Notes: generated by a model from the letters alone, not told the origin. Counted from the whole stretch's first letter, positions 25,457 through 38,324 are shown. The stretch is 63,546 nt of DNA, filler included, from Octopus bimaculoides (GCF_001194135.2; 5 parts of 5 records of this genome joined end to end with filler, not necessarily neighbours in it); one strand, 5' to 3'. Program-made: numbers and translations.

Positions 25457-25492
<36 letters not shown>
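24991..25492 (+). mobile_element. R4/Dong-type RLE 3' end with 3' UTR and (TAA)n tail
   Basis: WYEKTPGVTENKNCKILCDVMIQFDHLTGHRKPDFVVVSKKERTCIIIDIACSGDNRINEKEEE...YDDLKWEIRRLW...IPIVIGAFG; (TAA)n at ~25460-25492. Confidence 0.88.
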
Positions 25493-25493
<1 letters not shown>

Positions 25494-26102
25494 TATAATA
25501 ATAACGTAATATAAATGTCAAATATTTTGGTGCGTGTCTTTTGGCCCACACTGCACATGGTTTCACGTTCGATCCCAGGGCAAGGTAACTTACATAAATG
25601 CTTTCCTAGCATAGACTCGTATCGATTGCATACAACATTAAATTGATAACTTCTCCTTTCGCTTCCTTCCGTCATTCCTTCCTTCCTTCCCTCCTTCTTT
25701 CCTTTCTTCAACTATAACCGGAAATACACAAAATAACATGGCCGCCACTCTTCTTTCTCTCACTAAGCGATAGCAAAATATTAAACTCTTCGATAGCGTA
25801 GTGCCACGTAAATCAATAAAAAGTTCTATAGTATTTTTGTGAGCTGAAAGATTTATTTGGAAAAAAAAACTTGTGCTGTGTAGAATAAGTGCCGATGATA
25901 TTAAAATAATCTTTAGAGTTTTATTTGAGCAAAATACTAACCTCACCAAATACGATGTATTTCTCTTCCTCCAATCAATGGAGAGCGACTAAGTAATAAT
26001 TCAGTAATAATATAAGAAACAACAGGTTTTCTACTTAAGATTCTGTTAACTATAGGTTTTCTTAACAAAACCCACACACTGACTCAGACAAACACAAAAT
26101 AC

Positions 26103-26133
<31 letters not shown>

Positions 26134-26704
26134 ATGCGTATGTGTAAGTTATTATTTTATGTGATGTATATATGTGTGTGTGTATGTATATGTATGTGTA
26201 TGCATATTTATACATATATATATATATATATATATATANNNNNNNNNNNNNNNNNNNNNNNNNNNNNNNNNNNNNNNNNNNNNNNNNNNNNNNNNNNNNN
26301 NNNNNNNNNNNNNNNNNNNNNNNNNNNNNNNNNNNNNNNNNNNNNNNNNNNNNNNNNNNNNNNNNNNNNNNNNNNNNNNNNNNNNNNNNNNNNNNNNNNN
26401 NNNNNNNNNNNNNNNNNNNNNNNNNNNNNNNNNNNNNNNNNNNNNNNNNNNNNNNNNNNNNNNNNNNNNNNNNNNNNNNNNNNNNNNNNNNNNNNNNNNN
26501 NNNNNNNNNNNNNNNNNNNNNNNNNNNNNNNNNNNNNNNNNNNNNNNNNNNNNNNNNNNNNNNNNNNNNNNNNNNNNNNNNNNNNNNNNNNNNNNNNNNN
26601 NNNNNNNNNNNNNNNNNNNNNNNNNNNNNNNNNNNNNNNNNNNNNNNNNNNNNNNNNNNNNNNNNNNNNNNNNNNNNNNNNNNNNNNNNNNNNNNNNNNN
26701 NNNN

Positions 26705-26761
<57 letters not shown>

Positions 26762-27191
26762 TTATAAATACATCAATGCATATGGACAACTGATACAAAG
26801 AGTGAAAACGAAATGGCTAACAGTTATATGTATGTAGGCATGTATGTATATATGTATGTATGCATGTATGCATGTATGTATGTATGTATGTTAGTGCGTA
26901 TGCATGTATATAAGAAGATCCATAAAAATACTTCACACTAAAAGAAGGAAACGATAACGAGGATTTTATTCATCGTTTTCATTCTTGTTTTTTATCGTTA
27001 TAATTTTTATCTGTTTGTAGTTTTTATCTTCTCTCATAAAACACACTTATTCTTCTTTACCGTTTATTCAATAAAGATTTATAGCAATCACCACCATCTT
27101 GTTTGTCATCTGAGAAGTGACGACAATGGTCACTGAAAAAAAAATAACTTTGAACTCTTACAGTCGATTCATCATAGTATCTTACAAAATA

Positions 27192-27275
<84 letters not shown>

Positions 27276-27297
27276 CGTTATTATTATCATCGTATTA

Positions 27298-27624
27298 CTG
27301 CGCCGGGCAAAATGTTTAGCGACATTTCTTCCGCATTCTGAGTTCAAATTCCTCCGAAGTCGACTTTACCTTTCGTCCTTTCTGACTCGATAGAATAAGT
27401 AGCAATTGAAAACTGGGGGTCGATGTAATTGATTTGACCCCTTTCCCGAAATCGCGGGCCCTGTGACAAATTTTGAAACCATTATTATCATCATCATCAT
27501 CATATTACTGCGCCGGGCAAAACGCATAGCGGCTTGATCGACACCAAAAGAGATGAAAGGTAAAGTCGACCTCAGAGGCATTTGACCTCGGAACGTAAGG
27601 ATAGATATATCGACTAGTCCCCTC
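27298..27624 (+). mobile_element. Two SINE D copies in an (ATT)n tract, the second with an internal inversion
   Basis: 27298-27480 normal copy; 27510-27624 has head and tail on + and segment 27537-27601 on -. Confidence 0.8.
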
Positions 27625-27629
27625 TTGTT

Positions 27630-27645
27630 ATTATCATCATCATCA

Positions 27646-27697
<52 letters not shown>

Positions 27698-28100
27698 TGA
27701 TTTGCAGCAGTCTTTCAAGTGCTTAGAACTCTCCTGATAATATTTGCTGTTGCTAAGAGACAAACTTTTTGTAGGAGCTCTACCAGGTATTCTATTCCAA
27801 TCTACTTCAACCATTTGTCTATAGCTTTGCTTACTGTTCCTAACGCACCAATTATTATAGGCATGACCTTTACTGTTCTCATACTCCAAATTCTTCCTCT
27901 TTCAAATTTTAAGGGATTGTATTTGGGGTGCGGCCCTCTTTCTTTTCGATCCCTGAATCAAACAGGCATCATGGGTCGCTTTTCCCTATCTATACTTGTT
28001 ATGTCCGGTCTGTTATTTTCTAACTTGTCCGTTTGAATGGGAAAGTCCCAAAAAATCTTACATTTCTCTGACTCCAGTACTCTTTCAGCCCGTGTGGAAT
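27630..28100 (-). mobile_element. R4/Dong-type RLE 3' end with (TAA/TGA)n tail
   Basis: ERVLESEKCKIFWDFPIQTDKLENNRPDITSIDREKR ... VKVMPIIIGALGTVSKAIDKWL ... LQKVCLLATANIIRRVLST*; tail at ~27630-27695. Confidence 0.88.
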
Positions 28101-28110
28101 TAACCGTCCC

Positions 28111-28148
<38 letters not shown>

Positions 28149-28264
28149 TGTATATGTATGTGCGTGTGTGTGTATATGTGTACGTGTGAGTGTTCACGTG
28201 CAAGTGCAAACATTTTTATTACCTGTTTGTTAGAGATTTACTGGATCATGTTTGTCGTCATTCA

Positions 28265-28640
28265 CCATTAATCTTTTATCACAATTCATACTTAGTCATT
28301 CATATAATGCATATTTAATCCATCTTCATCCTTCTTATTTAATCTTTCGACACAATTCTTATTAAATCTTTCTTCATACTTCGTACTTAATCTTTCGTCA
28401 TAATTCACATTTAATCTTTCGTCTTAATCCCTATTTAATCTTTCATCTCAATTCTTAAATCTTTCTTCATACTTCTTATTTAAGCTTTCATCATGTAACA
28501 TATTTAATATTTCACCATAATTCATACTTAATCTTCCATCATAATTCGAATTTAATCTTTCATTATAATTCGAATTTAATCTTTCATCATAATTCATATT
28601 TAATCTTTCATCATAATTCGTATTTACTCTTTCACCATAA
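28265..28640. repeat. 24-bp degenerate minisatellite, about 15-16 units
   Basis: Consensus approximately TTAATCTTTCATCATAATTCATAT repeated with 24-bp period. Confidence 0.9.
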
Positions 28641-29112
28641 ACCATGTTTAATTTTCAACGATGGCAATATATTGCTGTAGTTTCCCATTTCTCTACAGAC
28701 AACTGTTCAAAACAGGACACAAAAACAAACTCAGGGAACACACACACACATTCGCAGAAAATATATACGAAATATATATATATACACACACACACACGCA
28801 TGCGCACGCGTACGACACAAGGTAACATATTCGCACAGAACATAAATGCACTTGCACACATAATACAGACACATACACAACAGACACACAATTACATACA
28901 GGATAAATAAGTAACATATTCACACATTTGCCTACATGTACCTACCTACCTACATACATACATACATGCATACATACACACATACATACGTACACACACA
29001 AATATTTCAGGTCCGATTATATGAAATCTATTTTTATATACTTTTAGGTTTATGTGTGTGTATACGTATGTGTATGCATGTATACGTAGATAAATTTACA
29101 CACACACACACA

Positions 29113-29226
<114 letters not shown>

Positions 29227-29904
29227 TATATTTATATATATATATCTATATATATGTATATATATATGTATATATATGTATATATATACGTATATGTATA
29301 TGTATATGTATATATATGTATACATGTATATGTATATACATACATGCACACGCACACACACACATATATACATATATTTTCCGTTTTTCTCTTTTTATAG
29401 GTTTTTTTTTAGCTTTCTTCACACCAAACATTGCAATTAGTAACAGCATCAGAAAGATTATGTTTCCGGGAAAAATATCTTCAGAGTAGCAATATTCCGG
29501 AGAAGAATATAGACCAAATTACAGGTTTCTCTCTCCGAAGATATAACAATTCGTCTATGATTATGTTCTGATAATAAGAACGCTTTATATATATTTTTTT
29601 ACCGAGTATTTTATGCGTATTTTTCGCTGTTTTGTCATTGTTTTCTTTCTTCCGCCATTTTTTTCTTCAGATTTATTTTTTGTTTTCTTATGCATAGATA
29701 CATACATACATGCATGCATGCATACATACATACATACATACATACATACATACATACATACATACATACATACGTACCTACGTACGTACGTACGTAGACT
29801 ATATAGAGCATCGTTCTTTACCGAACCGCTATCGTATATGTTTCGTTGTAAATCGAGATAAGATGTTTTGCGTACAAATTGCATCAGTGTTATGACTTGT
29901 CTCA

Positions 29905-30190
29905 CAATCTTAAGATCGTGAGTACGATTCCTGGCGGCGCGTTGAGTCCTTCAGCAAGACACATTATTTCACGTCGTTCCAGTCCACTCAGCTGGCAAAA
30001 ATGAATAGTTCCTGTATTTCAAAGAGCTAGCCTTGTCACACTCTGTGTCACGCTGAATCTCCCTGAGAATCACATTAAGGCTACATGTGTCTGTGGAGCG
30101 CTCAGTCACTTGCAACTTAATTTCACGTGCAGGCTGTTCCGTTGATCGGATCAACTGGAACCCTCGTCGTCGTAATCGACGGAGTACCAT
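29905..30190 (+). mobile_element. SINE with CORE middle domain and family A 3' tail
   Basis: ccttcagcaagacacattatttcacgtcgttccagtccactcagctgg (CORE-like) followed by ccttgtcacactctgtgtcacgctgaat...ggaaccctcgtcgtcgtaatcgacggagtacc, as in 6890-7045. Confidence 0.88.
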
Positions 30191-30227
30191 TTCATGGTCA
30201 TCTTGATTGAACGTCTTTCGTTCCGTT

Positions 30228-30280
30228 CTTAATCATCATCATCATCATCATCGTCATCGTCATCATAATGGTCATTATTG

Positions 30281-30314
<34 letters not shown>

Positions 30315-30390
30315 TACCATCATCAGCGTCGTCATCATCACCATCGTCATCGTCGTCGTCGTCGTCATCATCATCATCATCATCATCATC
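30228..30390. repeat. (ATC)n/(GTC)n compound microsatellite
   Basis: Direct reading; source of the poly-H/poly-D/poly-M ORFs. Confidence 0.95.
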
Positions 30391-31099
30391 CGGTCGGGCG
30401 ATGGCATTAGTTGTTCGATAGCTCGTGGTGTCGCCTGTGCACCCCACGGCTACAGATGATAGAGTTAGTTCGCCACCCGGACTAGTTGACAGTTTGTTGT
30501 CTGCTCATCCGCTCGGCATCATGTGATAATCGCCATTGACTCAAAAGGTCCATCTGGTGAAAGAGTTTGTATCCACCATGCTGTATCCTACGGTTTAAAT
30601 GTGACCCTGGTTCGAGTGGTTACCGGGTGCTAGACCTTGCTGAGAGGTCACCACTGATTTTGTCCGGGCTGCTTCTTTTTTTTTTTTTCCGTATTCACAG
30701 CTGACCTCTATTTTGCATGTTATTTAAGCCATAGCGGGGATCCTGATAAGGGCTACTAAACCCAGATCAGAGTAGACCTAGAGTGGCTAAGAGTCGGTTC
30801 TGCACCCCACAAAATCCTGAAGCCCCTGAACCAGGGTTCACCCCCGTATGTAGTCTAAAGACATACCCAGAACTTAATACAAGCGAAAAAAAAAATGAAT
30901 GTTATTGTCTAATAATTAGGAGAGTAGTTAATATTGTTATTTTTGGTGATGTTTTTCAGAAGGAAAGGCATGAAGGTTACAGCATCCTATTTCGTTTGTA
31001 TCTACATATGAGTAGATTGTTGCCGTATTTGTTTGTGGACGGCTTTTTTTAGTGAACAAGAGAGAATAAAGGTTAAACTAGAATAAAGATTAAACGAAA

Positions 31100-31760
31100 C
31101 AAAGCGAAAGACCATCATCCAGTTTCTTTTCTTCTCTTCATTTTCTTCTTCATCATCATTAAGGTGTTTCACCCTGTACCACTTTCCCCTCTCTATACCT
31201 TTTCCCAAACGTCTTTTTTCCCTATTCTTCTCCTCCCCCACCTCCTCTTCCTTTTTCTCTCTACTCCATCTTCTCCGCCTCCTTCATCTTCTTCCTGTCT
31301 TCTTCTTCCTCTACTACTACTATTACTAATTTTTCTCCTCTTCCTTCTTCATCAATTGCTTGCTCATCTTTTTCTCTTCCCCTCCTCTTCTTCTACCATT
31401 CCTTCATTATATTCCTCCTCTTCTTCTACACGTCCTTTTCCCTTTTATAATCTTCCTCTTAACCACCTCCTCTTCATCCCTCTTCTTCTTCTTCTTCTCC
31501 TCGTCCTCCTCCTCCTTCTTCTTTCTTCCTCTTCCTTCTCTTTCTTCTTCACAATCTTTTCTTTCTTCATCACCTTCCCTCTCTCCTTCTTCTACCTCTT
31601 TCCTCCTTTCTTCACAATCTTCTTCTTCCCTCTTCTTCTACTCCTCTTCTTCACAATCTTTTTACTTCTCCTACTCCTTCTCCTTCACTTCCTTCTTCAC
31701 TCCCTTCTTCCTCTCCTTTTTCTCCTTCCTCTTCACAATCTGTCACATTTTCCTTTGCCC
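31100..31760. repeat. Long polypyrimidine/polypurine low-complexity tract
   Basis: Almost only C/T on + (TCT/TCC motifs); CTTCACAATCT recurs four times (~31546, 31610, 31650, 31731). Confidence 0.9.
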
Positions 31761-32442
31761 TTTCTAAGACCCCAGTTTCCTTCGCTCCCAACGATATTCA
31801 AAAGTAAACCAAAAATACATCTGAACATAACACAAACGAAATGTTAAAGCATTTTTAGGGTAGATTTGTGAACGTCATGTCTCACTTTTACCCAAGACAT
31901 CCGCCATTAAATGTCATTTTCCTGGTTTCTTTCAAGAAAAATTATATATACAAGCACATACACACCACACACATGTACACACACACACCACACACGCGTA
32001 CACACACACTCACACACAGAGACGTACATACACATACACACGCACAGACACACACACAGTTACGCTGACAAATTTAAGTATAACCAAAGAACAGCTTAAC
32101 AATAGAGAGAAAACAAAATGGTTTCGTTTTTGTTACCAGTTTTTGTTGTTAATCATGTTATTTTCTGGCTAATCCATATTGTTTTGGTGATGCATGTTCG
32201 TCTTGTTGTTGTTTCAGAAGCTTATGTTGTTGTTCTTGTCGTTGCTTTCGTCGTAGTTGTTGTTGTTATTGTTATTTTTATTATTGTTGTTGTTGTATTT
32301 CGTTATTTTACTTTTGTCATTCACACACACAGACAAAGAAGCAGATAGACAGAAAGACACAAACAGACAGAAATGCAAACAGAGAGCTAGATGGTACACA
32401 CATATATATACGTGCATGCCAACAAATAGATAGATAGGTAGG

Positions 32443-32506
<64 letters not shown>

Positions 32507-32559
32507 GACAGAGAGAGAGACAGAGAGAGAGACAGAGAGAGACAGAGAGAGACAGAGAC

Positions 32560-32602
<43 letters not shown>

Positions 32603-32605
32603 GTC

Positions 32606-32636
<31 letters not shown>

Positions 32637-32640
32637 TAGG

Positions 32641-32680
<40 letters not shown>

Positions 32681-33124
32681 GGAATAATAGACCGACAGAC
32701 AGACAGACAGATAGATAGATACATACATAGACAGACAGACAGTCACAGTAAGAGATGGATGGATAGCTAGATAGATCGAATAAAAAACAAACAGTTAGAT
32801 AAATAGACAGTCAAACAGACAGACAGATGTAAAACATTAAACAAAAATGGTGTAGCTATGTGTTTTCGAGAAAATATCACGTTTTATGTAACTTTGAGTT
32901 TACTTAGATCATCATTATAATACTGCAGAAGGAGAAAAGCAAGAAGAGGAAAACACAAATACTGAATAAAAGAACTGAAAATGTGTATAATATAAAATTT
33001 ATATAAAGAAAAAAAAAAGAGTAAAGGGGAGAATTTGTAAGAAAACGAATTTCGAGAAAGCTGGTTGGTGTCAAGAGGAAAAGAACAAAACGAAATAAGA
33101 GGTGTTATTGTTCATGTTGATTGT

Positions 33125-33156
<32 letters not shown>

Positions 33157-33328
33157 TTGTTGTTGTTGTTGATGCTGTTGATATCATTCTTGCATGCTTT
33201 AATTATTTATATATTTATTTGTTTAAATTTTTAAGTGAGGTCGGCCTTTTTGTTCTTTCGTTTTGCCAAACTTGGTGGCTGGGTGGCTGCCTAGCTGTTT
33301 GATTGGTTGGTTAAATTGCAGCCGCATA

Positions 33329-33384
<56 letters not shown>

Positions 33385-34006
33385 CACGCAGCAGCAGCAG
33401 CAGCTATCACAGAAGATGTAGTCGCCTTTCCCAATGGGAAACGAATGATGATATGTTTATTTGCTGGTAAAGACTCAACGAAACAACAGTTGCAGATGTC
33501 AACGACATACAGAGACGGTTTGTATGCGAATGTTGACTGATGTAAAGATTAGATANNNNNNNNNNNNNNNNNNNNNNNNNNNNNNNNNNNNNNNNNNNNN
33601 NNNNNNNNNNNNNNNNNNNNNNNNNNNNNNNNNNNNNNNNNNNNNNNNNNNNNNNNNNNNNNNNNNNNNNNNNNNNNNNNNNNNNNNNNNNNNNNNNNNN
33701 NNNNNNNNNNNNNNNNNNNNNNNNNNNNNNNNNNNNNNNNNNNNNNNNNNNNNNNTATATATATATGCATGTATGTATGTATGTCTGCGTATATGTGTGT
33801 GTATGTGTGTGTGTGTGTGTGTGTGCCGCGCGTATATTTCTGTAGACATTTATAAGGAGTATATTTGTTATCTTAGAAACATATAACTTGTATACAAGTG
33901 TATATGTTGTTTTCAAAAGATACCGTATATACAAGTTGTTTTGAAAATGCACTATTATATGTATGTATAGTTTTTTTTTTCAGAATACATACATACATAC
34001 ATATAT

Positions 34007-34247
34007 GGCGTAGGAGTGGCTGTGTAGTAAGTAGCTTGCTTACGAACCACATGGTCCCCTATTAAAAAATATATATATATATACGACGGGCTTCTTTCAA
34101 TTTCCGTCAACCAAATCCTTTTACAAGACTTTAGTCGGCCGAAGGCTATAGTATAAGACACTTGCCCAAGGGGTCATGCAGTAGGACTGAACCCAGAACA
34201 ATGGGGTTGGGAAGCAAGCTTCTTACCATACAGCCATTCTTCCGCCT
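34007..34247. mobile_element. Two opposed SINE C pieces: + head 34007-34055 and - 5' half 34083-34247
   Basis: GGCGTAGGAGTGGCTGTGTAGTAAG on +; reverse complement AGGCGGAAGAATGGCTGTATGGTAAG ending at 34247. Confidence 0.85.
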
Positions 34248-34607
34248 ATATACATACATACAATAAAAAATAGACATTTGAAATCAGAAAGAACAAAATG
34301 GAAGGAAGAAAATATTAGTTTAACACTTGAAAGTTTGAAATGAGGAAGGGATGTCGTAACGTTTCGGAAATTAGTCCTTTTTCAAGAACAGAGAAATGGT
34401 GAGTTTGTGAAAAAGAAAAAGATTCAAGAATCTAGAAAATTTCTTAACTTAAAAAAAATTTTAAAGCATATTTTTTTTAATTGTAGGAAGGACGAGAGTA
34501 AGGGAAATGTTAATAGCTAGCAATGATCGACATTGCACTGTTGTGTCTATTTGGTGTTTGTTATTTAAACTATACTCTTTTACAAATAGCAGTCGACACT
34601 TGTTGGT

Positions 34608-34763
34608 CTGTGACTGTGTGATAAGAAGCTTGCTTCTTGGCCACTAGATTCTGGGTTCAGTCTCACTGTGGAGCACCTTGAGTACGTATCTTCTACTATA
34701 GCCTCGGGCCGATCAAACCCTTCTGAGTGGATTTGCTAGACGGAAACTGAAAGAAGCCTGTCG

Positions 34764-34765
<2 letters not shown>
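34608..34765 (+). mobile_element. SINE family C 5' half running into (TA)n and a gap
   Basis: gtgataagaagcttgct...gagcaccttgag...ggaaactgaaagaagcctgtcg. Confidence 0.88.
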
Positions 34766-34814
<49 letters not shown>

Positions 34815-36299
34815 NNNNNNNNNNNNNNNNNNNNNNNNNNNNNNNNNNNNNNNNNNNNNNNNNNNNNNNNNNNNNNNNNNNNNNNNNNNNNNNNNNNNNN
34901 NNNNNNNNNNNNNNNNNNNNNNNNNNNNNNNNNNNNNNNNNNNNNNNNNNNNNNNNNNNNNNNNNNNNNNNNNNNNNNNNNNNNNNNNNNNNNNNNNNNN
35001 NNNNNNNNNNNNNNNNNNNNNNNNNNNNNNNNNNNNNNNNNNNNNNNNNNNNNNNNNNNNNNNNNNNNNNNNNNNNNNNNNNNNNNNNNNNNNNNNNNNN
35101 NNNNNNNNNNNNNNNNNNNNNNNNNNNNNNNNNNNNNNNNNNNNNNNNNNNNNNNNNNNNNNNNNNNNNNNNNNNNNNNNNNNNNNNNNNNNNNNNNNNN
35201 NNNNNNNNNNNNNNNNNNNNNNNNNNNNNNNNNNNNNNNNNNNNNNNNNNNNNNNNNNNNNNNNNNNNNNNNNNNNNNNNNNNNNNNNNNNNNNNNNNNN
35301 NNNNNNNNNNNNNNNNNNNNNNNNNNNNNNNNNNNNNNNNNNNNNNNNNNNNNNNNNNNNNNNNNNNNNNNNNNNNNNNNNNNNNNNNNNNNNNNNNNNN
35401 NNNNNNNNNNNNNNNNNNNNNNNNNNNNNNNNNNNNNNNNNNNNNNNNNNNNNNNNNNNNNNNNNNNNNNNNNNNNNNNNNNNNNNNNNNNNNNNNNNNN
35501 NNNNNNNNNNNNNNNNNNNNNNNNNNNNNNNNNNNNNNNNNNNNNNNNNNNNNNNNNNNNNNNNNNNNNNNNNNNNNNTATATATATACGTACATATAAA
35601 TAAATGTGTGTGTGTGTGTGTCTTTTAAATTTGTCTACGGGAAACGTTTTGAATATGCAAATACACCTCCTGTTCAATTATGCCGGCCACAGTCTAATGA
35701 TGCTGACTAGTGAACCAGAGAGCAGGGCAACTGCGACACAACGGTTGTCTCACTTGCAGAAATATCGTAGAAAAGGAATGACGCGTCTACAGGTTATTTG
35801 GCGTGGTGCAGTGTTCAAGTTTATTTGCCTATACCTCAGGTCTGTTCCTTTGCACTGCCTTTTTCAAAGACCACAAAGCATCCAAATATTTTTTTTTATC
35901 GATCACCTGATAAACAAACTCACGATAAAGTACACACTTTCAATTGAAATACACCCTTTCAAACCCATGACGAAGTACACCTTCTCAATAATAAAAAAAA
36001 AATACTTACATTGCCTCCCCTGTTGAGTGAGTCTGTTATATCTTCTCTTTGGGCCGCAATGACAATGACACGACTTTCTTCGAAGATAGCATCCTTATTG
36101 TTTCAATATCGTTAGCCATACAACGCCATGTTATCGACTTACCCCCTCCCGCAAAATTACTAGTCATTTGCCAAAATTTGAAATCAATGTAGTCCTAAAT
36201 ATGCCCTAACTCCTCTTAAGAAGAACCAATATATTTGTCGATCGAACTCTTTCAATCACAGATAGGCCCACAATAACTCCAACAACAACAATTATTCTT

Positions 36300-36485
36300 T
36301 CTGCTATAAGCTCTCAAGGCCTGAAGTTTATGAGAATTAGAGGTCTAATCGATTAGATCGATCCTAGTGATCAACTGGTACTTATTTTATCGATCCCGAA
36401 AGAATGAAAAAGCAAGGCTGACCTCTGCGGAATTTAAAGTCAAAACGAAGCCTTTTTGTCCTGCACGCTAACGATTTTGCCTGCT
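36300..36485 (-). mobile_element. SINE family D, diverged
   Basis: aatcgattagatcgatcctag...ctggtacttattttatcgatcccgaaagaatgaaa...cacgctaacgattttgcc. Confidence 0.8.
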
Positions 36486-36562
36486 CGACACCTTCGCAGC
36501 AGTAGCAACAGCAGCGAAAATTACAACAGATACTGTCGTAATCAACCCCGTTTTTGAACACG

Positions 36563-36597
<35 letters not shown>

Positions 36598-37736
36598 CGC
36601 ACACACAAACTATTTGCAAAGAAGCCATTTTGCTGTAAACCAAAAACTGTCTTCTGGTTGATTGTTTACTTGCTTTAGCTTTCGTTTACTGGTCTCAATG
36701 CTGCCCTCAAGCCACTGGTTGTAGTGTCTAAAATAATTTATTAATAGCAACCAAATACTTTTAAGTTAGTAAATAGGAAACTTGTATTTTAAAAAATGTG
36801 TTGTATCTTAAGGGAATATTTACCCAATTATTGCCTAAACATTACGCTTTTTTTTTTTACAAAATAATATTTTGTATGAATGTTTATCTAACAAAGTTGT
36901 TTGTTTTTCTTTTCCTATGTCTTTGGTTTTATTTTCCAGCAAACAACGTTGTTTGTTTTGCTTTTGTCTCAGTTCCTCTTCTTTGTCTTTATTTAAAAGT
37001 GTTTATATTCATTGCTTCATAGGTTTTATTTTTTATTTACTTGTTTATCTGCTCGGTTAGATAGATAGATAGATAGATACATGTATCTATGTGCGCATGT
37101 CCATATAGGTTGTGTGTGTGTGTGTGTGTCCGGTCCATCATTAACGACCATGACTGACGTTATGAATCAAATTTCTCCAGATTTTTACGATGCTGGTTAC
37201 CATATCTCACTGGGAATAAATAGATATTTTAGGTTCTGTTTGACTGTCTTTGAATCTCAATATGAATCTATTAGTGTTTCGAAAGCCATTTGCCAGTTGC
37301 GAAAACAGGACTTTGTTTATTATATCATGCAGAAGCATGAACATTGTAAAACACAAGTCAAAAGAATCAGAGCCTTTGCCATACATCTAAGTGCTACCAT
37401 GAACTTCAATGATGGCAACATATCCCAAGCTCTGGAAACTTGGCTTTCAATCCATGCATCACGGAAACTAAAATCTTGGAATCTCAAACCGATTGGTTAA
37501 CACACTACACTACCAATCCGTCCTCTCTACTTCCATCAGCATAACAACAATTACCTTTCTTCCTAAGTAACTTTACCTGACATCGTCCTTCATTTTAGGT
37601 ATTAATTTTGTGTTTTCTAAATGTAGGTAATTTGGGGAATTTCTGTCGGAACCCCCTCTTTTTTTTTTTTTTCGTTATTTCTATAACATTCACCCTTTTT
37701 ACCTGAATTTTTGAAATTGTAAAGATAATTTATAGA

Positions 37737-37842
37737 CTTACTGTAGTAAAAGACACTTGCTCAATGTGCCTTGCAGTGGAACTGGACCCGAAACCACGTG
37801 GTTGCAAAGCGAACATTTTACCACATAGCAATGTCTGCGCCT
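37737..37842 (-). mobile_element. SINE family C head fragment
   Basis: gtagtaaaagacacttgctcaatgtgccttgcagtggaactggacccgaaaccacgtggttg. Confidence 0.75.
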
Positions 37843-38324
37843 ATGAAAAGTGTAAGACATGATGAAAATCGAACTCGCAATCTATAGATTCGAAGTCGGA
37901 CGGCCAGACAAAAAGCAATACATTAAGAATTTATAGTTCTTTCAAGAATTCAGACCAAATTTACGATTATTCTAAAATTTAATTAAAACGTATAGAGGGT
38001 ATATTTTAATGAGAAAATTAGTAACTTAAATGTTAAATCGACATCTCTGATTATTTATAAAATGGAAACTTTTTAAAAAATTATTCAATGTTTTGAAGAC
38101 AAAATATGTCAGATCCGAAAAGAAATATTTGATACTCACTGTATTCCAGGCATTCGTGAGTTGACTCTAGTGCATCTATAATGCGTTTTTTGTTTTGTTT
38201 TTTTAATGAATGATTACACGATAAATCTTTATTCACAATGTATCTCCAAGTGATTTCAGACTAAGATATTCAGCTAATAAAATATAAGTTTCAAAAAGAA
38301 GGCAGCAACCGGACAAAATTGTTA

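Noticed and set aside
30198-30459. Poly-His/poly-Asp/poly-Met ORFs
   Set aside because: Pure (ATC/GTC)n microsatellite translation
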